A stretch of DNA of 63,622 bases, filler included, from Platydemus manokwari (Eukaryota), in NCBI GenBank assembly GCA_037951405.1. It is 6 parts of 6 records of this genome, joined end to end, with 100 filler letters (N's around TTAATTAATTAA, not from the genome) between each part and the next. Parts side by side here need not be neighbours in the genome. Positions count along the whole stretch, not along the records: positions 44,435 to 54,632 come from JBBMOY011159104.1; positions 54,733 to 63,622 come from JBBMOY011333762.1; 4 more parts are not named here. One strand, 5' to 3'. Numbering within the stretch: position 1 is the first letter of the stretch; every line of letters starts with the position of its first letter. The translations under genes were made by a program, and so were the position numbers. The notes under the pieces are model-generated. The model saw only the letters and a list, made by a program, of their open reading frames with translations, was not told the origin of the DNA and did no database searches. Shown piece by piece: positions 53,100-63,622 of the stretch.

Positions 53100-54632
53100 A
53101 AAATCGATAATGGATATGATTGTCGAACTTGCAAATGTTCAACAATCTGAGACCGAATGGTTTGCCACTTTCGAGATATGAGTTCACCAATGAGTGGAGG
53201 CTGTTATGAATTCCAGATTGAAACAAGATTCTATAGTGAAGGATATTATCAGCAAGAGAACACGATCGAATGGATTAAAAGACGCTCTTGCTCTGAAACC
53301 AGACATGGATATCATAGAAGTCAGAAGTGCTGCAAAGGTGTTCGAGAATCAAGAACTAAGTGTACAACGAGATTCTCAAGCAGTCAATACAATTCGTAGA
53401 GACAGCTATGCTCAAGCACCAAAAACTGGACTAAGCAACCAGTGGAATAACCAATACAAAAATGAAAGTAACGAGTCCAGTAATTATAAGCCACCCCATG
53501 CGATCAGAACACGAATCCCCAAGCCAATAGTTTCAAAACATAAGATCATTTCAAGCAGAGAGAGACCAGTGTATTCGATGAAATACATGGCCAAGAAACT
53601 TTACAATAAGTGTCGACGCATGCCAGACCCAAAAGAAGAACGATTGTGTAGAGACAATTGCTTCTGCTGTGGAGAAAGCGGACACTACAGAAGCCAATGC
53701 CCCTTAAGGCACAAGTGTTTAATATGCGGACAAGAAGGCCAACATTTCAGATCATGCCATCTAATACCAGGTACAAGACACAGAGTAGAAGGTAGAGTTT
53801 TATGTATTCAAGACGAAATCGAGTAGCAATTTGATCCAATTGAAGACCCAATAATGCACGAGAAAGAAGATCAAAAAAATCACAACAATTCCGTCCCATA
53901 CATTTCGTCGGTGGAGTTGAATCAATAGATAACAAGAAAATTTGAAATGGAACAAGACGTGAAGAGATGTTTAAGAAGGATTACGCTTAGTGATGTGTTT
54001 TCAACGGGTGCCGAACGCCCTTTGGGTTATTCAGATGTCATTGCCGAGTGAAAAAGAAAGAAAAGAAAAATTAGGGTTGTGGTAGCAAAAAGAATTTGTC
54101 CCAATTTTGTTAGAGGTGTTGACACGATGAATGCATTCGGGATTCAGCTGAAAGAAGTGGGCACAATCGATTCATCACAACTTACAAGAAATTACAATGG
54201 TCAGAATCGTGTCAAACAAGTTTTTTGAAGCAAAAGTCGGCACTTTGTGAAGCACCAATTTTGAATTACACAAGAGAAAACCGGACATTTGTTCTCGATA
54301 CGGACGCAAGTTTTGGTGCAATTTGGGCTGTTCTAAGCCAGGTTACTGAAGAAGGAACAGAAGTAGTTATAGCCTATGGATCTCGATTACTAACTAGTCA
54401 CGAGAAAGGGTATTGTAATACCAGAAAGAAACTACTGGCTATCCACGAGTACAATTCTTGTATTAATAGCGAGAACCGATCACAAAGCCCTGGTATTCTT
54501 GAACTCGACACGAAAACCGATCAGCCATCAATTTCAAACATGGATGGCGGCGCTTTCAGAATACGATTTCGATTTAAGATACAGAAAAGGAGAGAATCAT
54601 AGCAACGCAGATGGATTGTCTAGGATCAACGA
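53100..54632 (+). mobile_element. Ty3/Gypsy LTR retrotransposon fragment (gag with two zinc knuckles, protease trace, RNase H)
   Basis: CFCCGESGHYRSQC and CLICGQEGQHFRSC; FSTGAERPL (degenerate DTGA, about 53995-54025); FVLDTDASFGAIWAVLSQ..VIAYGSR..LLAI..YRKGENHSNADGLSR. Confidence 0.9.
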
Positions 54633-54732
54633 NNNNNNNNNNNNNNNNNNNNNNNNNNNNNNNNNNNNNNNNNNNNTTAATTAATTAANNNNNNNNNNNN
54701 NNNNNNNNNNNNNNNNNNNNNNNNNNNNNNNN
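54633..54732. other. Artificial contig-joining spacer
   Basis: Same structure; truncates a Gypsy pol fragment. Confidence 0.97.
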
Positions 54733-56388
54733 TTATAATTTTATTATTATTATTATTTTCTAATATGATTTTATTATTATCAATATTATTTTTTATAATA
54801 ATAATAATTATTATTATCATTTTATTTTTATTATTATTAGTATTATTATTAAAAAAATATCAAATCTAAAAACCAGTCATTATTTATACTATTTTTGCAT
54901 ACCTTAACATTGATTTGTACATTTTAAAACAGAATTCTGTATTTGATTTTACCTATAATGATAAAAGCAAAAAGGTGAAAGAGAAAAGTCCAAATAATTA
55001 AGTGTATCTGAAATATGATTCTGTATCTACTTTCTTGTCAATATGTAAATATTAAAAGTAATTAATTATTTATTGAACATTAAGATCCACTTGAAATTGT
55101 CAAAATAATACTAGAAATATTAATCTACGTATTAGTGCGTATGTGGATTAGCGATAAATTGAGGTTTTTATACATTAATTGGTTTGTAGATATATTGAGA
55201 GGATTTATGTGAGTGTTGGAAATCAGATAACTGAACATAAAACTAAATTAATTCAAAGGTCAACGCCTTAAAAGTCATTGAAACCGTTGTTACTATGTCG
55301 TTGCTTTATAATAATAATAATTATTATTATCATGAACACAATATTATGTCTTTTCCTCAATCTATTGTTCTCATCTGGCTTATTTCACCAATTTGTCTTG
55401 ATTTCACATATTGTTATTATTTTCATTTTTTTTATCAACATTATCATTATTGTTACGAGAATTAATGAACCGAATTAATGAAATAAACATAATTTTTAGT
55501 CCTTCCTAAACATTATTATCGCATATGAAACCAGATCCCCGTGAAAAGTTCAGTCACCGGTGGATTTAGTGACTCCGTAACTACTTCTCGTTTGGCCGTG
55601 ACTATATTTTGTAATAAAAATATGCATATTCTTTAAAATTATCAGTGCTTGCAATGTTATTAATGTTACTGTTTTTCTTTTTTGCAATTATTATTATCAC
55701 GTTATCATTATTCCTATTATCAATATTTTTTATTATAATTGGATTTGTAAACATTATATGCATAGTGTCCAAAAAGCAGGTTTACAGTTATCACGTTGAC
55801 TATTTATTTGAAAATTCGACATTAGAACAGCGGTAATTCGTTATACCTGTTAACATGAACAACTTAATCTCTCAGATGCTCAAAATATCCTCCTTCAACA
55901 TTTATTTATATTGGTGTTGCTAAGCAAGTAACTTCAACCATTTGATAATAACTGTAAACCTATTTCTCGGCCACCCGATATATAATTCATTATTTTTATT
56001 ATCGGTATTAATAGTTTTATCTTTATTATTTTTCATCATTCCAAAATATTATCTCGCCTTAAAACCATTTAGATTATTCGTGATCGTGTAAGTATCAAAA
56101 GAAGAAACAAATTATCCTGGAATCTTGGCCCTGGAGGTCTTGATGCTGATTTTAGTCAAAAAACCATAGTAGAATTTTTATCTTCCAACTACACTTCATC
56201 TTGCTGAAAACAGTATTTCTCCAACAAACTCCGGTTTACTCATCATATATAATATGCCTAGAAAAAATGTTATTATCTCAGTTTGAATGTCAATATAGAT
56301 GTAAAATGATCCATTTGTCTACTTTTCGTATCACTAGTCTCTTATTACTGTTTGTTTTAGATCTTATTTTATCAATTTGTAAATATCA

Positions 56389-59208
56389 ATGCTTGATTGT
56401 CGTTTACTTAAAGAACATATGATCATTATAAAACGATCATTGCTTGAAATGATTTCATTACACAAGATCATGTGGCTGTTATTGTATTTGATATGTTTTT
56501 ACAAACTTATCCATGTATTGGCGCAGGTGAAAGAGCTTTCATTTTCTGGTCCTGTACATGTGAAAGAAGGTGTCAGTTATAATTTCGAATGTTTTCTTCT
56601 TACCAACAAACCATTTACAATGATGGAGATTGTTTTCTCGGGAAATCAAATTTTATCCGTTACTAATAATGATGACAATTGTGCGGTTGTTAGAAATTAT
56701 AGATCCTTCGCCAATTGTAGTTATAACGATGGGAAACTTAAATATTCAATGAAATTCTTGAAAGATATGCAAGGAATATACAGTTGTATAGTACAAATGA
56801 GAATGGGTCAGAAACTGAAAGAAAATGTCAATGTATATGTTAATGCTCCGAGTCCAATATTAAATTTTACACTTAAAGAATTATATTACGAAAATGAAAG
56901 CGTGTATGTTTCTTGTCGCTTGGGGAACAATGAAACGAACTTAATTATTGTTTCTATATTAACATATCCGAATGGGAAATTGATAGAATTAAGTGGGGAA
57001 AATACGACATTTAATATTGAAACGAAGACTCACCTGTATTTAAATAGATCAATGAATGGAGCATTAATTGGTTGTGGAATCCAGTATAATTTTTCAAGAT
57101 ATGTCGAAAATTTTATAAAAATCAACGTATCATACCAAATCGAAACCGTTCAAATAAGTCCTATCGGGAAAATATTTAATCCAGGAAACACTGTTGCTTG
57201 CATATCTGATGGCAATCCAATTCCTGATTCTAGATGGATTAAAGATAGTGACTCGGATATGGTGAATGATACATTAAATGGTCATTTGTTAATATTTAGT
57301 CAAATATTAGGAAAGAGAAGTTATAATTGTACTGTAACACAGAATTTTAAAAATCAAAGTATTGCATTATTTAATAATTTTTCATTTGAAATAACCATTT
57401 ACCGATCAACGATACCACCAACTCCTCGATGGAGAAATATCTCAATGATATTTATAGGTGATAAACTTTCAAAACCCAACAAATCCGAACATCGTTGGGA
57501 AATATCCCCTAAATGGAGTGGTTTTATTAATGGTTCAATATTAGTAGATGACAAGGAAATTGTTGTTTTTAATTATACCACCATTATATCAACTGAGAAT
57601 TTTTTGTCAGATTTTTTGGTGACGTTTTTCAGTTTATCTTATAATATAACAGAACCAGCCATGCATGGGATATATAAGTGTAGAATGATTAACCAATATG
57701 ATGAGACATTGGAAGCATCAACTATTTTTGTTAAGGGAGAAAATCCAGTTATCGTTATGTCTAGGTTTTATGAAAAGTTTGTTATAAATTGTTCTACCAA
57801 TGATTTGGGATCACCAGCGGGCTTGTTAAGAATATTCAAAAGAGATCGCAATGGACTTTTAGAAATGTTATTGAATACCACCATATCAATTACAAGTCTT
57901 GTAATAGAAAAGTTATTTGACTGGAGAGACAACCAACATGTTTTATTTTGTGAAAATAAGAACGAAATTTATACTTGGACAAGTAATGATGTAATAATTA
58001 ATATAACATTTGCAGTTAGAGATATTGAGCTGACAGGAAACATGACAACGTATGAAATTGGAAGTATTGTGAAATGCGTTGCCAAAGGTAATCCATTACC
58101 CACCATTCGATGGTTATCGAATATGAATGATTCTTTTAGATTCGTAAGTTATCCCGATGTCATTGCATTAACTCCAAAAGTTGGATATGAGACCACATAT
58201 AACTGTACAGCAAGTAATTCTATAAACGGAACAACTTTTACGGTTTATAAAACTATAACGATGAACGAAAATTATCAAGAATATTCAAAATTTTATGCCA
58301 TTCCGCAAGTAGTAGGCCTGTCAACCAGTATAACTGTTTGTTGTGCTGTATATAAAATGTCAGCTATAAGTATAATGAATTTTAAGGATAATGATAATGT
58401 TATGGTATCTGTCGAATCAAGAGAATCAATTATCTCCAAGAATTATCGAAATAGGATTTCAAATATTATTGTAAACGAAACATCAGCATCTTTTCACATC
58501 AATTTTTTCAATGAATCCGAAAGAAATATTAGTTGTTTTGTTATATTTGTTTCGAATAATCACACTGAAAAACAAATCGAATTAAAAAATCCACTTGAAA
58601 TAAGATATGAAAATGGAAATGTAATAAAGGAAGGAGCAATTTTAAATGTATCTTGTGTTCAACGAGTAAGTGATGATATTTCAATAAGAGTTGGAGTTGT
58701 TCGTGGAAATCAGGTAAATAGGCAACCGGTTATTTCAAAGATCTCTGATGTTGTACGATTTTCTATATTAATAGATAACACTTTCCATAATTATCAAATT
58801 TATTGTTTGCTGATGGATAAAAATCAAGAGATAAGCCAAATAGTAGGAAAAAGATTGTTTGTTATTTATCTATCTCCCGATTTGAAATTCATTCCTCACA
58901 AATCTATATATTCGAATAAAGATTCAATAGAATGTTTTGCCACTGGTAGACCAATGCCAAAAATTCGATGGAATATGATATCTGGTATTAATCCAAGCAT
59001 TCATTCTTCTAATAATACTCTGATTTTACATAATGGTCGTGGAAAATATGTTTATAATTGCTCAGCAGAAAATTATTACGAGCATGAATCAATCTCGGTA
59101 TATAAGACAATTACATTTCAAATACAAAATGGGAAATATCTTTTACAACAAATATGGATAACGAATTTGATGGTGCTTTTAATTGAATTTCTAAACGCCT
59201 CTCTATGA
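56389..59208 (+). CDS. Intronless immunoglobulin-superfamily surface protein, about 9 Ig-like domains, signal peptide, probable GPI-anchor tail
   Basis: 939-aa stop-free ORF; the likely start is a later Met (MWLLLYLICFYKLIHVLA, ATG 56470). Paired Cys with QGIYSC, HGIYKC and three C..(D/K/T)G(N/R)P.P..RW...YNC domains; many N-x-S/T sequons; ends in a hydrophobic stretch with no cytoplasmic tail. Confidence 0.85.
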   Translation: MLDCRLLKEHMIIIKRSLLEMISLHKIMWLLLYLICFYKLIHVLAQVKELSFSGPVHVKEGVSYNFECFLLTNKPFTMMEIVFSGNQILSVTNNDDNCAVVRNYRSFANCSYNDGKLKYSMKFLKDMQGIYSCIVQMRMGQKLKENVNVYVNAPSPILNFTLKELYYENESVYVSCRLGNNETNLIIVSILTYPNGKLIELSGENTTFNIETKTHLYLNRSMNGALIGCGIQYNFSRYVENFIKINVSYQIETVQISPIGKIFNPGNTVACISDGNPIPDSRWIKDSDSDMVNDTLNGHLLIFSQILGKRSYNCTVTQNFKNQSIALFNNFSFEITIYRSTIPPTPRWRNISMIFIGDKLSKPNKSEHRWEISPKWSGFINGSILVDDKEIVVFNYTTIISTENFLSDFLVTFFSLSYNITEPAMHGIYKCRMINQYDETLEASTIFVKGENPVIVMSRFYEKFVINCSTNDLGSPAGLLRIFKRDRNGLLEMLLNTTISITSLVIEKLFDWRDNQHVLFCENKNEIYTWTSNDVIINITFAVRDIELTGNMTTYEIGSIVKCVAKGNPLPTIRWLSNMNDSFRFVSYPDVIALTPKVGYETTYNCTASNSINGTTFTVYKTITMNENYQEYSKFYAIPQVVGLSTSITVCCAVYKMSAISIMNFKDNDNVMVSVESRESIISKNYRNRISNIIVNETSASFHINFFNESERNISCFVIFVSNNHTEKQIELKNPLEIRYENGNVIKEGAILNVSCVQRVSDDISIRVGVVRGNQVNRQPVISKISDVVRFSILIDNTFHNYQIYCLLMDKNQEISQIVGKRLFVIYLSPDLKFIPHKSIYSNKDSIECFATGRPMPKIRWNMISGINPSIHSSNNTLILHNGRGKYVYNCSAENYYEHESISVYKTITFQIQNGKYLLQQIWITNLMVLLIEFLNASL

Positions 59209-59869
59209 TTAACAATTAGTTGACATAATCAATAATAATTTATAATTTAATTCAGATTGATTTTGATATTGAAGTATAATTCAGAAGATTATATCTATTT
59301 TATCACAATTATTTCAATTTATATCTACTCTTGTTAATTAAAATTAAATTGTTTTTATTGTTTCTATTCTTAACTAATTTAAGATTCTAAATTTTCAATT
59401 TTACTCTTTAAGATAATTGATTAACATTACAGTTACTTTAATACACTTGTTAAGGCTTTTACGTTGTTTTAAATTCGTGAATCTATAATTAGATTGTTAA
59501 TAACTCATTATTATTTATGTTCATATTAATTATAATCTTATAAGTAATTATTAATATAAATGTCAGAAGTGGAGTTGAATCAAATTAATATAAACTAAGG
59601 TTAACTGTAGATTGGTAAACAATTGAATCGAAGTCCAGATGCATTAGTGTTGATTAAATAAGTTGACTGCATATGGATAATAATATTTATTAAATATCAG
59701 ATTTGAATTTGTTATCATATTCATTTGTAGGTCATTGAACCATACACAATTTAATCTTACGATAATTATGAAAGCTGATAATCTAAGATTGTAATTGCTA
59801 AAAACAGCTCATACAAATTCAATAAGATCGTCAAAGCACAACTTTCAGTAATCGTGAATCAAAGTTATT

Positions 59870-60040
59870 TAGAAAAAGAAAAGTTCTGAAAGCCGAATGT
59901 TATACCACAATAAGTTCAGCACACGAAAGATAAAAATAACGGCCGAAGTTACCAACTATAAAAGAATGGCCGTTTCTCTCTAGAATCGACTCCTTATATA
60001 GACCTAACCTGTGTGTCGACCTATTGTCTTACAGGTTTTA
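59870..60040 (+). mobile_element. Possible BEL/Pao protease-region remnant
   Basis: LPTIKEWPFLSRIDSLYRPNLCVDLL resembles the W.HL..I....VD.LIG motif of Pao elements; short and degenerate. Confidence 0.3.
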
Positions 60041-63000
60041 TAAAATTCATTACACCTACTTATTGACAATTTTCAGTCTATCTATTATACCATTACTGTA
60101 TCTAGATGCTTATTGACAACTGTTGGTTTGAGGCATTCAAAAATCGAAATCCAATCAGTAATTGGTAATTTGAAAACACATGATTGGCTATGTAACACTG
60201 TTTATCGAGCGTGTGTATATATTTGTGATTTGAAGGTTGTTACCATGAATTGAGTAGGTAATTCGATTGAGCGTTATATAGTCTACATTGAAAAATTTGC
60301 ATGCCTGATGATACGCTGCCTATCTGAGGCAAGTTAGTTTTATTATTGCTTTATTTCAATTTTAAATGAGTGATCTCTCTCGATTGTTTTTATCAAAAAG
60401 GTATTTGTAGGTTTTCACATGGAAAGAAAATAATCATTACTCACGATATATTGTATTTGAAAGGTATTTGATAATATAAGCAAACATACATCTTGGAAAA
60501 ATAACCCTTGATCAGAAAATCATTTATTCTGTTGATATTAATTTTTAATAGCATTTTAATAGCTTTAATGACTTGAATGAATATTTGATACTAGCAGGGT
60601 TAGAGATCTCAGTTACCATAATTTCTATTGAATCTAGAAGATTTTATGTTGTGTCATGTGTATTACTCAAAAATGTATTAAACTGACAAGATTTATTAAG
60701 ATAAAAATTCTAGCCACGAAAAATAATAAAGCAAATAATTCAAACGACTATATTTCTACATGTCTTCGATAAGAGTTCATAATCTTTAATCACACTCACC
60801 AGTACAAATGAATAACTTTTAATTCTATATTTTTGAAAATAATCACTTAGTTACTAATAAATAGTTTTCGCAATACATCGTCTTCAGATAATTTGCTGTA
60901 TTTGGTAACATGTATTCTGATTTTATAAAGATGACGGTATTTAATTTAAAATATACAATGTCCAATTCCTTCACAGAAAAAAGAATTTGAGGAATATTGA
61001 AAATTAATTAAGATTTGTAAAAATGGGGAATGGAGTTTAGCACATTAAAAATTTATATTAAATTTAAATGATTCATGTTTGTTTGTATAAAATTGAAATT
61101 CGGACCAGGATTGTTATCCTTTTACAACTTTCTTGGAAATTTTTTTAATAATATTTGTGAAATATATTTTTACAGCCTTATAATTTCTGAAATCAATTAT
61201 TCCGATATGGCTACGATATGGTAACCACTAACAAAAGTTACGGTTTATACTATGTTGTAATATTTAACATGGTAAGTAATAATGGTCGTGAAAAAAATTA
61301 TTGTAGAGAAAAATAACGATAATAAGACAAACTAAATGAAACGTACGAATAAAATAAAATATATTCAGGAACAACTGCAATAAATTGATTTAATTATCAT
61401 TAATAATATATTAATGTTGAAGGATATATCTGCAGTAAAATAAATTTTTAAATAAACCCAATAGCTCTTGTAATAACCGAGGGTTCATTTGAAATAAAAA
61501 TTTTAATTGTTAGTGTTTGCAAATAATAAATGAGTTTCATTATAGTAAAACAACAACGTTTTATATAATTACGAGAATTCTATTAAAATTATGATAAAGT
61601 TTGTGTTCAGGAAGTTTTTGGTGTTTTTAACGTATTTGACTCTAATAGATAAAGATCGTTGATGCAATTTAATCCTCGGGTATTAACAAAGAATATTTAA
61701 AATATAAATACCAAGTATGAAATAAGACAATATAAAAAGATAAAATATATTTGATTAATTGAAATAAAGTTTGCAACTCCAGAAGATAATGTATAATGCT
61801 GTTGTAACAGTACAGTAATATCAATATAAAAGTAAAATGTGATCTATGTAGGTAATCGGACAATCCTCGATGTAAAAAAGGTAAAATGGAGAGCCAAATA
61901 TGAACATCTTGTTCGATTTTAAAATACCGTAAGGCTAGTAATAGTAATGGATCTGTAATTAATTGTTACGATAATAAAAATAAGTTTATTCATTGCATAA
62001 AATATTGAAAATCAAATGGGATAACTGGAACACTTCCCGTAATGATAATAAAAAAACGGAACAGCTTTTTGGAAATCGAAATCAAATAGCTCACATTGAA
62101 AATTGTGAATCGAATAAGATTCGTAACTCAGAAATGTTCGTAATCATGTCTTTTGGTTTAAATATTAAAAAATGAAGAAGTCTTAGAAACTAATAATGCT
62201 AACAATACACAATAATATTTCGTGACATTTCATTTTGATAATTTTAATTAATTTTGTTAAAATTATTATTAATGATTTTATATTTAGATTGGCAGTTTGT
62301 TTCCCATACACTACTAGTTACTATTATTAATGATTGATACCAAACTAATCTTAAAATCTCTGATGCACATATTAAACAAAACACGATAACCCACGCTAAA
62401 GCAATTATAATCTTGATTAGAAAAACAATCAGTTATTAGCTTACAAATAAAACTCATAACAACATAACGAGAATTTATAACATGGTTCTAATTATCAATC
62501 AATCATTTTCCATGTAGCTAGCGGTTAAGAGTAAACACATTTTAATCTGCTTCGGAATATTTTATATCACCCAACTCTGTTTTGAAGTGGAATTTCTTAA
62601 TTGATTAGTTTTTACAACGTTTACTTATTCAGAAAATGATTTTAATCAATAACAAAAATACGTTTTTCTAAAATGTGACGCAAATTTCAAATATATTATA
62701 GACAGAACACATCAATATGTTCGTTAACACACAATAATTTATCTTAGACTAATCAGCATCTTGATCAAAGCTTGCCTACAGAGTAGGAAAGCTAAAATCG
62801 TGTCATTTTGCATATCAGAACCAAAATATTACACCTTAACTATATACTAATCAATAAGCCAAACAATCAATATCAACAAAATAGCTGAACACGCTGAGCG
62901 ATGGCTAATAAGATAAATAAGGTGATCATTAGAATCCTCTTTAGAACATACTCAGAAATAGATACAATGAAGGTACAAATCATTGAATAATTGAAGGAAA

Positions 63001-63622
63001 ATAATATGTAACATAAAATGCCATTTATAGTGAACAATTAGAACTGGGAAAAATATTAACTTCTATAAACATTTTTAAAGTCACTAAGTTCAATAGGTTT
63101 ACAAATCCATGATCCATATTTTGCACAATGGAATTTAAGATACAATGCTTTCTTTTTATCATCAAAATCTCTACATAATGATTTGACTTCTCTGTAAGAC
63201 ATTTCAGTTATAGGAAGCGAATATCGCAATTTTCGATAAAGATTTTGAAATTCATTAAACAAAAATGCTTTGGACAGTCGAGAGAATTCTAATTTGTCAT
63301 TGCTCCTGAAATATATGTAGACATATATAGATCTAAAATTATAACGAATGAAAATATTCAGCAATTCTATGCTTATCTTTTTAATTATTATATTGATTCG
63401 TTACTTTTGTCAAGTGAACTTGTATTTGGATTCTAAATATGACTTTTGAAATCAATAGCAGAAATTATTCGTGAAGAAACTCCATTTTTATAATGGTAAC
63501 TATGGCATCAAATCTTAATTTCATTGAAAAAATATAAAATATTAATTTACCATATAGCAAAAATATTTAAAACAAGATTTGATTTGATTTAATTAAATTT
63601 TTTTCAATATTAAGATTTTAAA

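Noticed and set aside
55278-55836. Hydrophobic Ile/Phe-rich ORFs as membrane peptides
   Set aside because: Explained by ATT/TTA low-complexity sequence; non-ATG starts.
62850-63510. Possible spliced gene at the window end (102-aa ORF plus hydrophobic stretch)
   Set aside because: Flanking frames contain stops; I could not build a consistent exon chain or recognise a family.

Overview
Very AT-rich eukaryotic (animal) genomic DNA, not prokaryotic. The window is six unrelated contigs (1-12231, 12332-24264, 24365-33497, 33598-44334, 44435-54632, 54733-63622) joined by an artificial 100-nt spacer (44 N + TTAATTAATTAA + 44 N), so no synteny can be read across the spacers. Most introns are tiny GT-AG introns of about 42-53 nt, so the ORF track misses or mis-starts most genes; I rebuilt them by hand. 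Host genes: a 5-exon divergent cyclin (A/B type), a 4-exon RRM protein, a Ki-67/Repo-Man-like gene (degenerate FHA + PP1-docking RVxF/KiR motif + repeats, 3' truncated), a three-copy cluster of secreted F-type lectin + PAN/Apple genes (one intact, one pseudogene, one 5' truncated), an intronless protein with about 9 Ig domains and a probable GPI anchor, and a 790-aa intronless orphan. Mobile DNA: a near full-length decayed NeSL-like non-LTR retrotransposon (zinc fingers, Ulp1-like protease, RT, CCHC, restriction-like endonuclease) plus a second fragment, an intron-containing Merlin transposase with two related MITEs, and remnants of hAT, Ty3/Gypsy, Polinton-type integrase and possibly BEL/Pao elements. 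Composition, intron size and TE repertoire would fit a triclad planarian-like flatworm, but that is unverified inference. I recognised no CRISPR array, rRNA, tRNA or SL-RNA, and I see no single clearly novel multi-gene system; the best leads are the Ki-67-like gene, the lectin-PAN cluster, the Ig gene and the protease-bearing retrotransposon.
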